Shown here: in pieces, positions 10,201-19,439 of the stretch
Numbering within the stretch: position 1 is the stretch's first letter
Layout of the letters: each line of letters begins with the position of its first letter
DNA from: Candidatus Gastranaerophilales bacterium
Lineage (GTDB): Bacteria; Cyanobacteriota; Vampirovibrionia; Gastranaerophilales; JANQFW01
Assembly: GCA_028280605.1 (NCBI GenBank)
Contig: JANQLL010000103.1
Coordinates: 1-50,476 of the forward strand
Length of the DNA stretch: 50,476 nucleotides
Direction: 5' to 3'
Notes under the pieces: generated by a model
What the model was told of the DNA's origin: nothing
The model's database searches: none
What the model saw: the letters and a program-made list of their open reading frames with translations, nothing else
Program-made: the position numbers and the translations under genes

Positions 10201-10674
10201 TCCAGAGCGATAGATATTATTGGGATTATAAAATAAAAAATTAAGAATCTCGTGGGGTGTCCTGGTAGAAACGACTTTACGTAAGGCATAACTACACTTT
10301 TCGTTTAATGTTTCTTGCTCAACAAAGTTAAATATGGCATCGTATAATGAATGATCTTGCACAAAGCTTGATTTATTGGCTAAAGCTTCTTTTTTCAGCA
10401 AATCATCAGGATGGAGAAAAGTTATATAATCTGAGTTTGCACTGTTTATTAATTCTTTTAGTTTTTCGCTGTAAGAAAGAGAGCCTTGGGTTTGTATCAG
10501 TTTAATTTTTGAAGAGTTTAGGGCTTTAATATTTTGATAAACTTCTTTTATAAAAACATTAGCAGGTACAAGGATTTCATAATTTTGAAAGGATTGGTTT
10601 AGTGCTGTTTCAATAGCTTCGACAACAAATTTTTCTTTAGAATCCGGTAATAAAATGATGCTTATTGTTTGCAT
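7219..10674 (-). CDS. Multidomain glycosyltransferase (degenerate GT2 + Rossmann-like module + GT2 + GT4-like)
   Basis: VSIIIPVYN, ADDNS, FLNNDT, YYEDTD; C-terminal FIGGFLHKPNVDG, PLRYGAGVKGK. Confidence 0.92.
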   Translation of the reverse strand: MQTISIILLPDSKEKFVVEAIETALNQSFQNYEILVPANVFIKEVYQNIKALNSSKIKLIQTQGSLSYSEKLKELINSANSDYITFLHPDDLLKKEALANKSSFVQDHSLYDAIFNFVEQETLNEKCSYALRKVVSTRTPHEILNFLFYNPNNIYRSGTVIKKSTLANLDLFDNFDSEQIVRAINIYLTLNSNIHIINEPLVKAGVLIPPQETDKKPVYYVEFAKTLELYEKISSEELFLNIFGEADRFKGLIKDNLVSFFVALMAVETENDEHRFFGMNRLCEIYKDSALVQEIQQKTRFTHKNFIDLFAKQRIIRNDNVDKEIQNIPYNPVICQKIKEFTEENQHKKICFYGAGMLARIITEHFDLSDLNILGFIDRDTNKRGQKLNGYTIYSIDDIQDLNPDLMVLTVLENKYLYTLLNELKLEKSLKFDIIYDLFTEDCVYIKEKNGLIQKQLDLIEKLYDDVKKEKDNCQNWVNNILGESNNLLNTVFEKAFGNNNEKLIFQKYDNPMVSIIIPVYNNFRHTYTCLYSILKNTKNISYEVIIADDNSNDVTTTLDNYIDGVIHIKNKNNLGFLRNCKNAASQANGKYLLFLNNDTFVADNWLEPLVNLMENDETIGLSGSKLVYPDGTLQEAGGIIWNDATGANYGKFQDPNFSEFNYVKDVDYISGASIITRKSLWDKTGGFDESFSPCYYEDTDYAFTVRSMGYRVVCQPKSVVIHFEGKSHGTDINSGFKSYQAINKDKFYEKWKSVLNKDHFAPGQNFFLARDRGHKKKNILVIDYKIPSYDKDAGSRATYNHLKLFVKMGLNVKYIGNDFIEKEPYTTELMQMGIEVLSGKYYKYYWEKWMQQNMKHFEHVYINRPDVTIKYIDIIKKHSDAKIIYHGHDLHHIREYLRYQIEKDEEILKRVDYFKSLELEVFNKSDVIVSLNDAETQVIKGLTKNKPVYTIPIFCYDKFKQDIKPFEERNSLLFIGGFLHKPNVDGVQWFVENIFDKVKQNIPDIKLYIAGSNATEYIKKLNSDDIIVKGYVSDEELNQLYNDVKMVVIPLRYGAGVKGKTIEAIYNLTPIVSTSIGIEGCPEITTIINPKDTAENFADEIIDLYNNNQKLEQISRSYENYIKTYFSTDYGIKAFEKAFGLDINLTVLPS

Positions 10675-10897
10675 TAACCTTAACCCTCTCTTCTCTCACA
10701 CATATATACAATTATTATTATATTTCATTAAGAACAAAATAGGTAGTAGGCAATCAAATACTGATGCCAACAAGTAAACTTATTTGATAAAAATTATTAA
10801 CCGAATGAAAAGCGCTAATCATACTCCATCAATATATCTGTAGTGCATCAACAATTAATCTGTATATCTTAAGCCAATCAACGACTAAACCGTAAGT

Positions 10898-11110
10898 AAA
10901 AAAAGGTGCTGACTAGCACCACCAATAAAAAAGGTGGCTATTGCCACCAGCTATGAGGTATATTAAGGTATTAAGGTATATTATGAGGTATTTTTTCGCA
11001 ATTCTTTTTTTAATGAATGAGAGCTTCCTAAACTTACTCGTCCAAACTCCTGTTCCTATTAAGTTTTTTAATCCCGTGCATTTTGCGCACTAAAATATCT
11101 TACTTCCCCT
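10898..11110 (-). ncRNA. Putative sRNA or attenuated leader with tandem terminators
   Basis: Minus strand has a GGA-rich stretch, four UACCUY repeats, then two GC hairpins each followed by a U-tract; 5' end unknown. Confidence 0.45.
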
Positions 11111-11113
11111 GTT

Positions 11114-11159
11114 TATACTGCTCATCAAATAACCTGAAAAGTATTTTAGAGCTAGTGTA
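11114..11159 (-). mobile_element. MITE-like repeat, 46-bp internally deleted copy
   Basis: TATACTGCTCATC...CTGAAAAGTATTTTAGAGCTAGTGTA carries both ends of the family. Confidence 0.7.
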
Positions 11160-11579
11160 TTACCTATTTTCCGCGTTACCATATTTATAGCGGATTTATT
11201 TCCCTATCATTTTTTACTTCAATCTTGTTTATACTGTTTATCAATCAACTTTTTCATATTTTTAATAGCGCTTTAATTTATCAGCGTTATTTTATCGTTT
11301 AAAACTTCGTTCTTAATTAGCTTATATTCTTACCCTTTTCTTTTTTGCTTCATCCTTATCTCCAATATTATAAAAACAATCAGTTTTGAAAAATTGCTTG
11401 ACAGTAAAAAAGAAAAATTCTTTAAAATTCTCATAAGTATAAAAAAGATATATTATTATAAACAATTAGATATGTAATGCAAATAAATTAATGCTCATTT
11501 GTATTAATACCGCAGCTTAACACTTTTTAATATAACTAAAATAAAGCAATAACCTGTAAAGTTATGTAACAAAGAATGA

Positions 11580-11736
11580 AATTAATAGGAAATTAACGCA
11601 ATCCTTTCTTTTTTATTTATCTGGAAATAAAACATATAACCCCCAAAATCTCCTCCCAAGATTAATTCAAGGCTACTTTATTATGAATCATAATTAAAGT
11701 AGCTCTTTTTCTAGGTGCTAGTCAGCACTTTTTTTA
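11580..11736 (+). ncRNA. Putative sRNA with CU-rich seed and double terminator
   Basis: CCCCCAAAATCTCCTCCC, hairpin 11672-11703 + T tract, hairpin GGTGCTAGTCAGCAC + T7; no + strand gene upstream to terminate; 5' end is a guess. Confidence 0.45.
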
Positions 11737-11767
11737 TTTTTATCTTGTTTTAATTATAAAAATTTTA

Positions 11768-12154
11768 TCAGCAAACCAGACACTTTTCATAGTGAACTGA
11801 TTGACTATAAATGCTCTGCCTCGATCCCTCAACTTCCCCTAAGATAAAGTTGATAACCCATTCTATATCTTTATTAGCCTGGGCTGTTTTTAAAAGAGAT
11901 GTAATACACGGCTTTCCTATTCTAATTAAAGCCATTGCAGCTACACCTCGAGAAGTTCCTTTAATTTCCAAAGCCTTTATTAAATATGGAATAGCATCCT
12001 TGCCCATACTGACAATTTGATTTTCCACTTCATTTTTAGCCTTATTATCAGCTTGATTAATTTCCATCAACATATATGGAATAGATTCAGGTGTTAATTC
12101 TGTTTGATTGGTAGCTCTTAGCTTTAGTGGCAATGTGCCGTTCATTTTGTTCAA
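11768..12154 (-). CDS. HEAT/PBS-lyase-repeat-like small protein
   Basis: MGKDAIPYLIKAL...RGVAAMALIRIGKP; GGGAG next to the start region. Confidence 0.75.
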   Translation of the reverse strand: MNKMNGTLPLKLRATNQTELTPESIPYMLMEINQADNKAKNEVENQIVSMGKDAIPYLIKALEIKGTSRGVAAMALIRIGKPCITSLLKTAQANKDIEWVINFILGEVEGSRQSIYSQSVHYEKCLVC

Positions 12155-12277
12155 CTCCCAAACTTGTCTTTTATTCTGCCAAGAAGTTTAAAATTAATAG
12201 TCTTCATTATTGTTTTCTTATTTTCTAGGTTTATTATACTATCAAAATTTCGAAATAAAGATTTCTATATAAAATCT

Positions 12278-12721
12278 TTATATCAATATAAAGATGTGTT
12301 TAAACTCTTGTTTGGCAAGGCTTTTTACATTTAAAAGCGTATAAAAATTGTCTACATTATTTAGTGGAAAATTAAAATTTTTTTCTAAAAATAAAATATT
12401 CTGTGCGCTTTCTTCACTCACTTCTACAAATTTTTCCAGCTGCTCCAGGCCTTTTTCTTTAAATTGCTGCTCTTCTTGTTTATTTTTAGATATTTGAGTC
12501 CACTGTTTGTCAAACAAACCTTGCTGGGCTTGCTTGTCTAACATCTCTCCAGACTTTAGTATTTCTGAATAATCTTTTAATGCTCTGTGCAAATTGCTGC
12601 CGTATTTTATTTTTTTTGTAGGATAAAACGGACGTTTTTCTTCGTACCTATAATAATAACGCCTGGGACAGGTTAAATAAAAAGATAATTTTGTGTAACT
12701 TATTTTAAAAAATTTCACCAT
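12278..12721 (-). pseudogene. Truncated PD-(D/E)XK (RecB/AddB-like) nuclease
   Basis: SYTKLSFYLTCPRRYYYRY...GSNLHRAL...LEKNF; ends before the expected GxIDRID / DYK catalytic motifs. Confidence 0.7.
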
Positions 12722-12970
12722 AATCCTATCCTATTTTAAAGTTACCAATCTCATACTCTTAGAGTATCATAATATAATAGACAAAGGCACCAGTGAAATA
12801 TTATCTACTCTAATTAGTCTAGGTTTATATTAAATTTATTTACAAAAGACTATGGTAATACTTGTTTAAGTTGCTTTATAATATTAATATATTTTTTGAG
12901 GATTTACACTTCTTAAAAAAAAATTTTTAGATCACTCTTTTTAGTGATAATATAAAAGTTGGGGGTTCTT

Positions 12971-13141
12971 ATGAACTTATTGAATGGGAAACTAACAAGC
13001 AAGGCAAACTGCCAGCCACTTAGAGCAAACTGTCAACCACTTAGCAAAAACCAAAAAAATAGCACATTAAAACAAATAACTCAACCATCAAAAGTAACAA
13101 CAGATAGCAAGGTGGGAAATAAATTAAATTATGTCGTTTAA
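12971..13141 (+). CDS. Small hypothetical protein (56 aa) coupled to mazG
   Basis: GGGGG RBS before ATG 12971; ANCQPL x2; overlaps mazG start by 11 nt. Confidence 0.55.
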   Translation: MNLLNGKLTSKANCQPLRANCQPLSKNQKNSTLKQITQPSKVTTDSKVGNKLNYVV

Positions 13142-13901
13142 ACCGGATAACTTACAACGATTAATAAACATTGTAGAAAAACTGCGTTCACCGGGGGGAT
13201 GCCCTTGGGATAGAGAACAAACACATCAAAGCCTAAGGCAAAATCTGATAGAAGAAACTTATGAAGCGGTTGATGCAATTGAATCAGGTAATGAAGAACA
13301 CCTAAAAGAAGAATTAGGAGATGTTTTGCTACAGGTAGTATTGCATTCGCAAATTGCCAGTGAAGATAATGGTTTTACACTGGATGATGTTGCTAAAGAT
13401 ATAGCAGACAAACTAGTAAGACGACATCCTCATGTATTTGCAGATACAAAAGTAAAAGATTCTGCTGAAGTTGTTACAAATTGGGAAGCTATTAAGAAGA
13501 AAGAAAAACCTGAAAGAATTTCGGCTCTTGCAGGAGTTACATCTTCTCAACCGGCGTTGATGTATTCTTTAGACCTTAGCAAAAAAGCTGTTAAGGTAGG
13601 TTTTGAATGGCCTAATGAAGAATCACTGTGGGAATGCTTTTACTCTGAAATTGAAGAATTTAAAGAATCTGTAGAGAAACAAAATATGGATGAAATGGAA
13701 GAAGAATTCGGAGATATTTTGTTTTCTTTGGTAAATGCGGCAAGATGGCACAAAATAAATCCTGAACTTGCACTCAGAAAAGCTTGTAACAAGTTCAAAG
13801 GCAGATTTCAGCTGATGGAAGAAATTGCAGGGCAAAAACTTGACAATTACTCTCAAGGCGAACTGGAAGAATTTTGGAAGCTGGCCAAGAGTAAACTTTA
13901 A
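13131..13901 (+). CDS. mazG: Nucleoside triphosphate pyrophosphohydrolase MazG
   Basis: GGCPWDREQTH, EETYE, EELGDVLLQ, RRHPHVF, second domain EEFGDILF. Confidence 0.96.
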   Translation: MSFKPDNLQRLINIVEKLRSPGGCPWDREQTHQSLRQNLIEETYEAVDAIESGNEEHLKEELGDVLLQVVLHSQIASEDNGFTLDDVAKDIADKLVRRHPHVFADTKVKDSAEVVTNWEAIKKKEKPERISALAGVTSSQPALMYSLDLSKKAVKVGFEWPNEESLWECFYSEIEEFKESVEKQNMDEMEEEFGDILFSLVNAARWHKINPELALRKACNKFKGRFQLMEEIAGQKLDNYSQGELEEFWKLAKSKL

Positions 13902-13966
13902 AGCTGATGAGTAAGATCAAAAACAAGTATTATAAAGAATTGCTGGATATTTAGAGGGAATATAAA

Positions 13967-14794
13967 ATGCTAAAAAATTTAAAGGCTAAGGCTAAATCTA
14001 AAGACAATCGTATTGCTGTTTTAAGACTGGAAGGCATTATTCTGGATTCGCAGTCTCTCCCTATTGCTTCTAAATTTCTTGAGCAGCTGGATGAAGTAAA
14101 AAAGAAAAAATATAAAGCTTTAGTCATAAAATTAAATACACCTGGCGGTACTGTCGGAGCATCTCAAGAAATATTTGACCGCATTAACAGGCTAAAAAAA
14201 GACGGCATAAAAGTTGTTATGTCAATGGGAGATGTTGCAGCCAGTGGTGGCGTTTACGTCGCAATGGCGGGTGATAAAGTTGTATCCAATCCTGGTACTA
14301 TCACCGGATCTATCGGGGTTATTATTAAAACTAATGTGACCAAAGCTCTTTATAAAAAAATAGGTGTGGATCAACAAGTAATAAAGTCAGGGCAGCATAA
14401 AGATATGTTATCCGGCATGAGATACTTATCAATGCAGGAAAAAAAGCTTTTGCAGGATTTGATTGATAATACTTATGAACAATTTGTTGACATTGTTTCA
14501 GAAGCAAGAGAATTAGATGCTTCTGAGGTTAAAAAATTTGCTGATGGAAGAATTTTCTCTGGCAAGCAAGCTAAAGAGTGCGGACTGATTGATGAAGTCG
14601 GGTCATTTGCAGATGCAGTTGATATTGCAGCAGAACTTGCAGGTATTGAAAAGGAACCTATTTTAGTTGATATTTGCCCAAGAAAAAAAAGTTTGCTACA
14701 AAAATTAATTACAGCAAGTGTTAGTGAATTCTTTGAAAATGCAGGTATTAGTTCTATGTATTCGGGCATACCTTTATGGTTAATGAAGAATTAA
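13967..14794 (+). CDS. sppA: Signal peptide peptidase SppA (S49)
   Basis: NTPGGTVGAS, DVAASGGVY, TGSIGV, ADGRIFSGKQA. Confidence 0.94.
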   Translation: MLKNLKAKAKSKDNRIAVLRLEGIILDSQSLPIASKFLEQLDEVKKKKYKALVIKLNTPGGTVGASQEIFDRINRLKKDGIKVVMSMGDVAASGGVYVAMAGDKVVSNPGTITGSIGVIIKTNVTKALYKKIGVDQQVIKSGQHKDMLSGMRYLSMQEKKLLQDLIDNTYEQFVDIVSEARELDASEVKKFADGRIFSGKQAKECGLIDEVGSFADAVDIAAELAGIEKEPILVDICPRKKSLLQKLITASVSEFFENAGISSMYSGIPLWLMKN

Positions 14795-14801
14795 GGCTAA
14801 C

Positions 14802-15509
14802 TTAGCCTCTTGACTTATCTTGTCTCCACCACTCCCAGGAATACGGATTCTTTGCAAGAGAGCCATAGAATTCTTCCGGTACAAATGCTTCAGATATATA
14901 GTCTTCTATTGTAATATACTTCATATAATTTTGAGGTAATCCAGTAGCATTACGCATTAATTCCATTCCTTCAACTGCAGGAGATGCTATACCTAACCAA
15001 GGATCAACTACAACAGCATTTTTACCCCAAGTTTTTGGATCTTGCAAACTTGCGCTTCTTTTTAACCCACAAACTACAAAGTTATGCTCTCCAAATGATT
15101 TAAATTTATCAAAAGTCTTATTAGGGCTTTTTTCCTTTAAGTGTTCAGGAAGTTCAAATGTTAGCACAGCAACTTTTTTAGCACCTTTTCTTCTCAAATA
15201 CTTTGCTGCAATAAAAGCTTGCTCTTCACAATTGCCAACGCCTTTATTTAAACAGAGTTCTTCAATATAATCAATAATATCCTCAAATCTTTTTGTCAAA
15301 GCAGAAATTTTATCTTTTGCCTTTATGTCTTTATATATGTCAACTTCATCCCTTAAATTTTCTATATAGCCATCTGCTTTGGTATACACGTCTTTTTCTA
15401 AAGTGCCGTTTAATACCTGACGTGTTGGAGATACTAATTGATAAGATTTGACCTTTTGTACTGCTTCTCTACTCAATGCAAGGTTAGATTGAAGAGTATT
15501 TATTGCCAT
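14802..15509 (-). CDS. Transglutaminase/papain-fold protein, HopX(AvrPphE)-like
   Basis: GVGNCEEQA ... EHNFVV ... AVVVDPW putative Cys-His-Asp triad. Confidence 0.6.
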   Translation of the reverse strand: MAINTLQSNLALSREAVQKVKSYQLVSPTRQVLNGTLEKDVYTKADGYIENLRDEVDIYKDIKAKDKISALTKRFEDIIDYIEELCLNKGVGNCEEQAFIAAKYLRRKGAKKVAVLTFELPEHLKEKSPNKTFDKFKSFGEHNFVVCGLKRSASLQDPKTWGKNAVVVDPWLGIASPAVEGMELMRNATGLPQNYMKYITIEDYISEAFVPEEFYGSLAKNPYSWEWWRQDKSRG

Positions 15510-15853
15510 TTCTTATTTTTATCCTTTTCAAAATTTTATTATTTTATTAAATCTTTTAAAAATAAAATATAAAAATAGAAGAAATTGCTATATGTCAACA
15601 AAAATATTTCATATAAAGTTTACGTGAGCCCACAAGCTACTGTAAGTTAATATTTTAGCATAACCCTGCACTGGCAAGGCGTTTAAGGTGTAATGACTAT
15701 TACCTAAAAGACGATTGTAAGAAAAAATAGCAAATGATAACAATATAACTACCTGTGACAGGAAAGTAGTGATTAAATTATCACCACCATCCATTTGATA
15801 GTGGGAAATATTGAATTTTTTTACCAAGTGCAGTAGAGAATAAGGGGTGAAAA

Positions 15854-16402
15854 ATGAAACGATTTTATGAGGGAAAAAAAGTAAACTTGCGAGAAGCAGA
15901 AGTAAGCGATGCGGAATTTATCCTAAGTCTTAGAACGGATGACAAATTAAGCCGATTTATAAGTAAAGTAGATAATGACCTTGAAAAACAAAAGCAGTAC
16001 ATACTTAACCATCAACACATAGGCGAAGATTGTTATTTTATTGTTGAAAGTAAAGACGGTGAAAAATATGGTACTGCACGAATTTATGATGTAAGAGGTG
16101 ACAATTTTCAAGGCGGCAGCATGATTAGCAAACACAATACACCATTTTACGTTGTATATTGCGGTTATTTTGCATTTTTTGATTATGCTTTTTTTGAGTT
16201 AAACAAAAAGTGTTGTGAAATTAATGTTGTAAAAGGCAATGATAGCGTTATTAATCTTCATAAAAGAATGGGGGCAACCTTAATAAATGAAGATTTTGAA
16301 AAGGTATATTTTATTTACCCAAAAGAAACATATATTGAATCAAGAAAAAAATATTCAAAATATACACTAGAAAGAGAAATTAGAGAGTTGGCTTGTAATT
16401 AA
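15854..16402 (+). CDS. GNAT N-acetyltransferase (RimJ/RimL-like)
   Basis: VNLREAEVSDAEFILSLR, YGTARIYD, VVKGNDSVINLHKRMGA. Confidence 0.88.
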   Translation: MKRFYEGKKVNLREAEVSDAEFILSLRTDDKLSRFISKVDNDLEKQKQYILNHQHIGEDCYFIVESKDGEKYGTARIYDVRGDNFQGGSMISKHNTPFYVVYCGYFAFFDYAFFELNKKCCEINVVKGNDSVINLHKRMGATLINEDFEKVYFIYPKETYIESRKKYSKYTLEREIRELACN

Positions 16403-16410
16403 TATTTACT

Positions 16411-16577
16411 TATACTCCCACTAAAATACTTTTCAGATTATTAAATCGAGTAAAGTTAATAAAATAAACTATTCTCTGAATTGCGAAGCGGGAGTGTTAA
16501 AAAGTGAAATGGTCAATTTTACTTTTTATAAACTCATTCAAAAGAGTAATCTGAAATTTAATTAGATGAGCAGTATA
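16411..16577 (+). mobile_element. MITE-like repeat, long form (167 bp)
   Basis: ~30-bp imperfect TIRs TATACTCCCACTAAAATACTTTTCAGATTA / TAATCTGAAATTTAATTAGATGAGCAGTATA; internal hairpin. Confidence 0.8.
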
Positions 16578-16600
16578 AAACCTTTGATTAAGAGTATAAC

Positions 16601-16891
16601 TTAAGCAAAGGTCTTAAATGATCTTTCGATATTTTTATCAATGACTTTTTTAATACCATCATATTCAGTTTGTACAATTTTATGTTGTGTTTCCAAGTTT
16701 TTCTGTTGTATTTCCAATTCTCTGTCTAGAACTCTCAGCTGATTAGCCAGTTGCGGATAATTATTAGCCGCTTCTTGAGCTCTAAACGCCAAAGCGGTCC
16801 TTCTTTGACTAATCATTTGAATCGCATATTCCAGGTCTGATTGCCTTGCAACTAGCATCATCAAACGAGCTTGACTGGCAACTAATCCCAT
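16601..16891 (-). CDS. Lineage-specific helical-hairpin protein (MGxxASQARL...DKNIERSFKTF family)
   Basis: AGGGAG RBS; coiled-coil heptads; paralog at 18824. Confidence 0.85.
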   Translation of the reverse strand: MGLVASQARLMMLVARQSDLEYAIQMISQRRTALAFRAQEAANNYPQLANQLRVLDRELEIQQKNLETQHKIVQTEYDGIKKVIDKNIERSFKTFA

Positions 16892-17077
16892 TGTTTAAAC
16901 TCCCTTAGATTAGAAAAGTAATAAACGCTTATAATTTGATTTAGTAAAATAAAACTATAATAAACACTCTCATTATATTATTTAAGAATATATAATGATA
17001 AATATTGGTTTATTAGAAATTTAAAACTCTTTTGTTTATTATGATGATAAACAAAATGCTTTTCTCTCTTTTGAATC

Positions 17078-17226
17078 TATACTAGCTTTTTAGATTATTG
17101 AAATGAATCATATAAATTATACTCTGAAGTAAGGCTCAGAAGTTTAAAAAATAAAATAGCCAATTTGAATTTTTTAAACTCATCGTTACTAAAGGTTGAT
17201 TGAATGTTAATTGAGTAAGTAGTATA
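17078..17226 (+). mobile_element. MITE-like repeat, degenerate long form
   Basis: TATACT...AGTATA ends, internal segment resembling 16490-16540. Confidence 0.55.
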
Positions 17227-17331
17227 GAAATTTAGGTTAAGTTTAACGCTCCTTTTTATTTAAAATAAATGCCTGTAACTTATACGTGTCCACTAATACC
17301 GTTTTTTTATGTTAGGTAGGGTTTATAACTC

Positions 17332-17369
17332 TGTTATATATATAAAAAATATATAAAATAGATAATTGC
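17332..17369 (-). promoter_or_regulatory. Conserved promoter-like motif (copy 1)
   Basis: GCAATT-N14-TTTTTT-ATATAT-ATAACA, followed by GAGTTATAAACCCTACC shared with the 19440 copy. Confidence 0.55.
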
Positions 17370-18226
17370 GTTTTGAGAGTGATTTTATTAACTTATATTA
17401 AGTTGATTTTATATAAAGCCCTATTACTAGATAGTATAAAAAGCATCCATTGCAAAATCCGCTTCTTTTAGCCTTAAAGAGAGCCAAAAAAAATATTCAA
17501 TTATGTGTTGCAGATAATTTAAATAAAAGTAGGCAATGATATTCTCTTTATTGAAAAAGAGGAAAAATAGGCACACTTATCCCATAAGCGGGAAAAATAA
17601 TGCTTGGAAATTAAATTTTGCGTGGCTTGCGCATCCTTTAATCTCTTGTAAAATAATGGTTTTAACAATTGATATAATATTTGATTGTTGATATAAAACA
17701 TATTTAATGCTTGTTTTTTATTTTTATTAGTAGTTTGTGCTGATGTGGCATCAGCTTTATTGTTTTTATTTATTATTATTTTCTTTTTTAATTCTTTTAA
17801 AAATAAAAATATATTATAAAAATACATATCAATATGTGCAAAAGCACAAAGAGAAAGCTTTTTTCCGCTAGTTTGATTTTGTTGCGCCATAATTGGGCAC
17901 AGGAATGCTATAATGTTCCACAAAATGATGAATAAATTTTCGATGTAGCTTGTTAAATTCATTTTTTATAGCCTTTAAGTCTCTTCTGTAAAAAGTTAAA
18001 ATTTTAATATATTTACATTTTATGTATTTATTATATATTTTAACATTTTTTTGAAATATCCGCAGGCTCTCAAAGTATACAAATGCTATTTTTGTAACAT
18101 TAGTTAATAAATTCGCCAATATTAAATTTAAAAGAAAGAAACAACAATTTCTTACTTATCAAATGATACTAATCTTTACGAATCAAAAAACCGTTACATG
18201 CCCTGATTTAATAACCTTATACTAAA

Positions 18227-18332
18227 TATACTTCCACTAAAATACTTTTCAGATTATTAAATCAAGTTAGAGTTAATAAAATAAACTATTCTCTGAAAAG
18301 AGTAATCTGAAATTTAATTTGAGAACAGAATA
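18227..18332 (+). mobile_element. MITE-like repeat, 106-bp form
   Basis: Near-identical to the 16411 copy without the ~60-bp internal segment. Confidence 0.8.
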
Positions 18333-18823
18333 AAAATGACAAAAAAAAATATATAGAGGAAAAACTTTCCTGTATATATAAGTTACTTATAATAATATAC
18401 AACAACATACTACTGAAAAAAATAAATACTGCTTAAATATATGCCGTTAATAATTATTAACGCAAAACTTTTTAATCGATTTTAACTATATTTTAGGGAT
18501 ACAAATAATATCAATAATAGGGCGCTGATCTTCGTACACTTATATCTAATACATCTATTTTTGCATACAATAATCTAATATTAAGCCATCCTATAAGCGC
18601 ATCATTTTTGTTTTTTGTAGACTTATTTGGGCACAGTTATTTTTCTAAAATGCTCTTTAAACGCCTCTGTAATATCTTTTACACATATTGCAGTTTATTA
18701 TTATTTAAATCTGAGCTTTTATAGCCATATATAACAACCAACCAAATAATTGTCTTGGGTAAAACTTTTAGTTACTACTTAACTTATACTACCATTTATT
18801 TTTAAAATAATTTGACTTACGTA

Positions 18824-19120
18824 TTAACCGAATATTGATTTATATGCAAAGTCTACATTTTTATCAACCTGCTTTTTAGTGGCTTCTTCGTGTGTTTGTA
18901 TAATTTTTAGTTGAGTTTCGAAATTCTTTTGTTCCAGTTCCAGCCTTTGATCTTCTATTTTAAGAGCTTGATTAGGACCTTGCGGAGAATTACCTTGTTG
19001 TTGTTGTCCCATTATGTTTGCTAATTGGGTTCTTTTATGAGATATTTGTTGAAGGCGAAACTCCACATTCGCTTTTCTGTTAATTAACCCTAGCTGCATC
19101 GCTTTTTGAAATGCTACCAT
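18824..19120 (-). CDS. Helical-hairpin protein, paralog of 16601..16891 (98 aa; start revised from 19201)
   Basis: GGGAG RBS before ATG 19120; QISHKRTQLA / LELEQKNFETQLKIIQT / DKNV align with the paralog. Confidence 0.8.
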   Translation of the reverse strand: MVAFQKAMQLGLINRKANVEFRLQQISHKRTQLANIMGQQQQGNSPQGPNQALKIEDQRLELEQKNFETQLKIIQTHEEATKKQVDKNVDFAYKSIFG

Positions 19121-19439
19121 TCTAAAATCTCCCATAGGTAAAGTAATACACACTTGTAATATTGTTAATAATAAATTGAACCAATAATACCACCATAACA
19201 ACCTAAGTTCTTTTCATTATTTATTGCTATATATAGTAATAAATAATGTTCAATTTACTATGAATATAAATTAAATTTGATAGGTAAAATTTTAAAATAA
19301 TTCAAAGAATTTAATTCTACTACTTATTATTAAGCTTAGTACTCATATAATATGAATACCTTTTACTTATACAGTTTTACTATAATAACCATTTAAATAT
19401 ACTTTAATAACCATCTCATTTGGGTAAGGTTTAAAACTC

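Noticed and set aside
12278-12721. Cas4 / CRISPR locus
   Set aside because: Only the N-terminal PD-(D/E)XK fragment is present; no C-terminal Cys cluster, no other cas genes, no array
15570-15600. Additional promoter-motif copies upstream of 15509 (and of 41961)
   Set aside because: GCAAT is present but the downstream blocks do not match; likely by chance in AT-rich DNA
17519-18119. ORFs 17519..17962 and 17868..18119
   Set aside because: No RBS or recognisable motif; composition matches AT-rich intergenic DNA; possibly decayed sequence
18440-18760. Slightly coding-like remnant between the paralogs
   Set aside because: Multiple stops in the frames I read; no family could be assigned by eye
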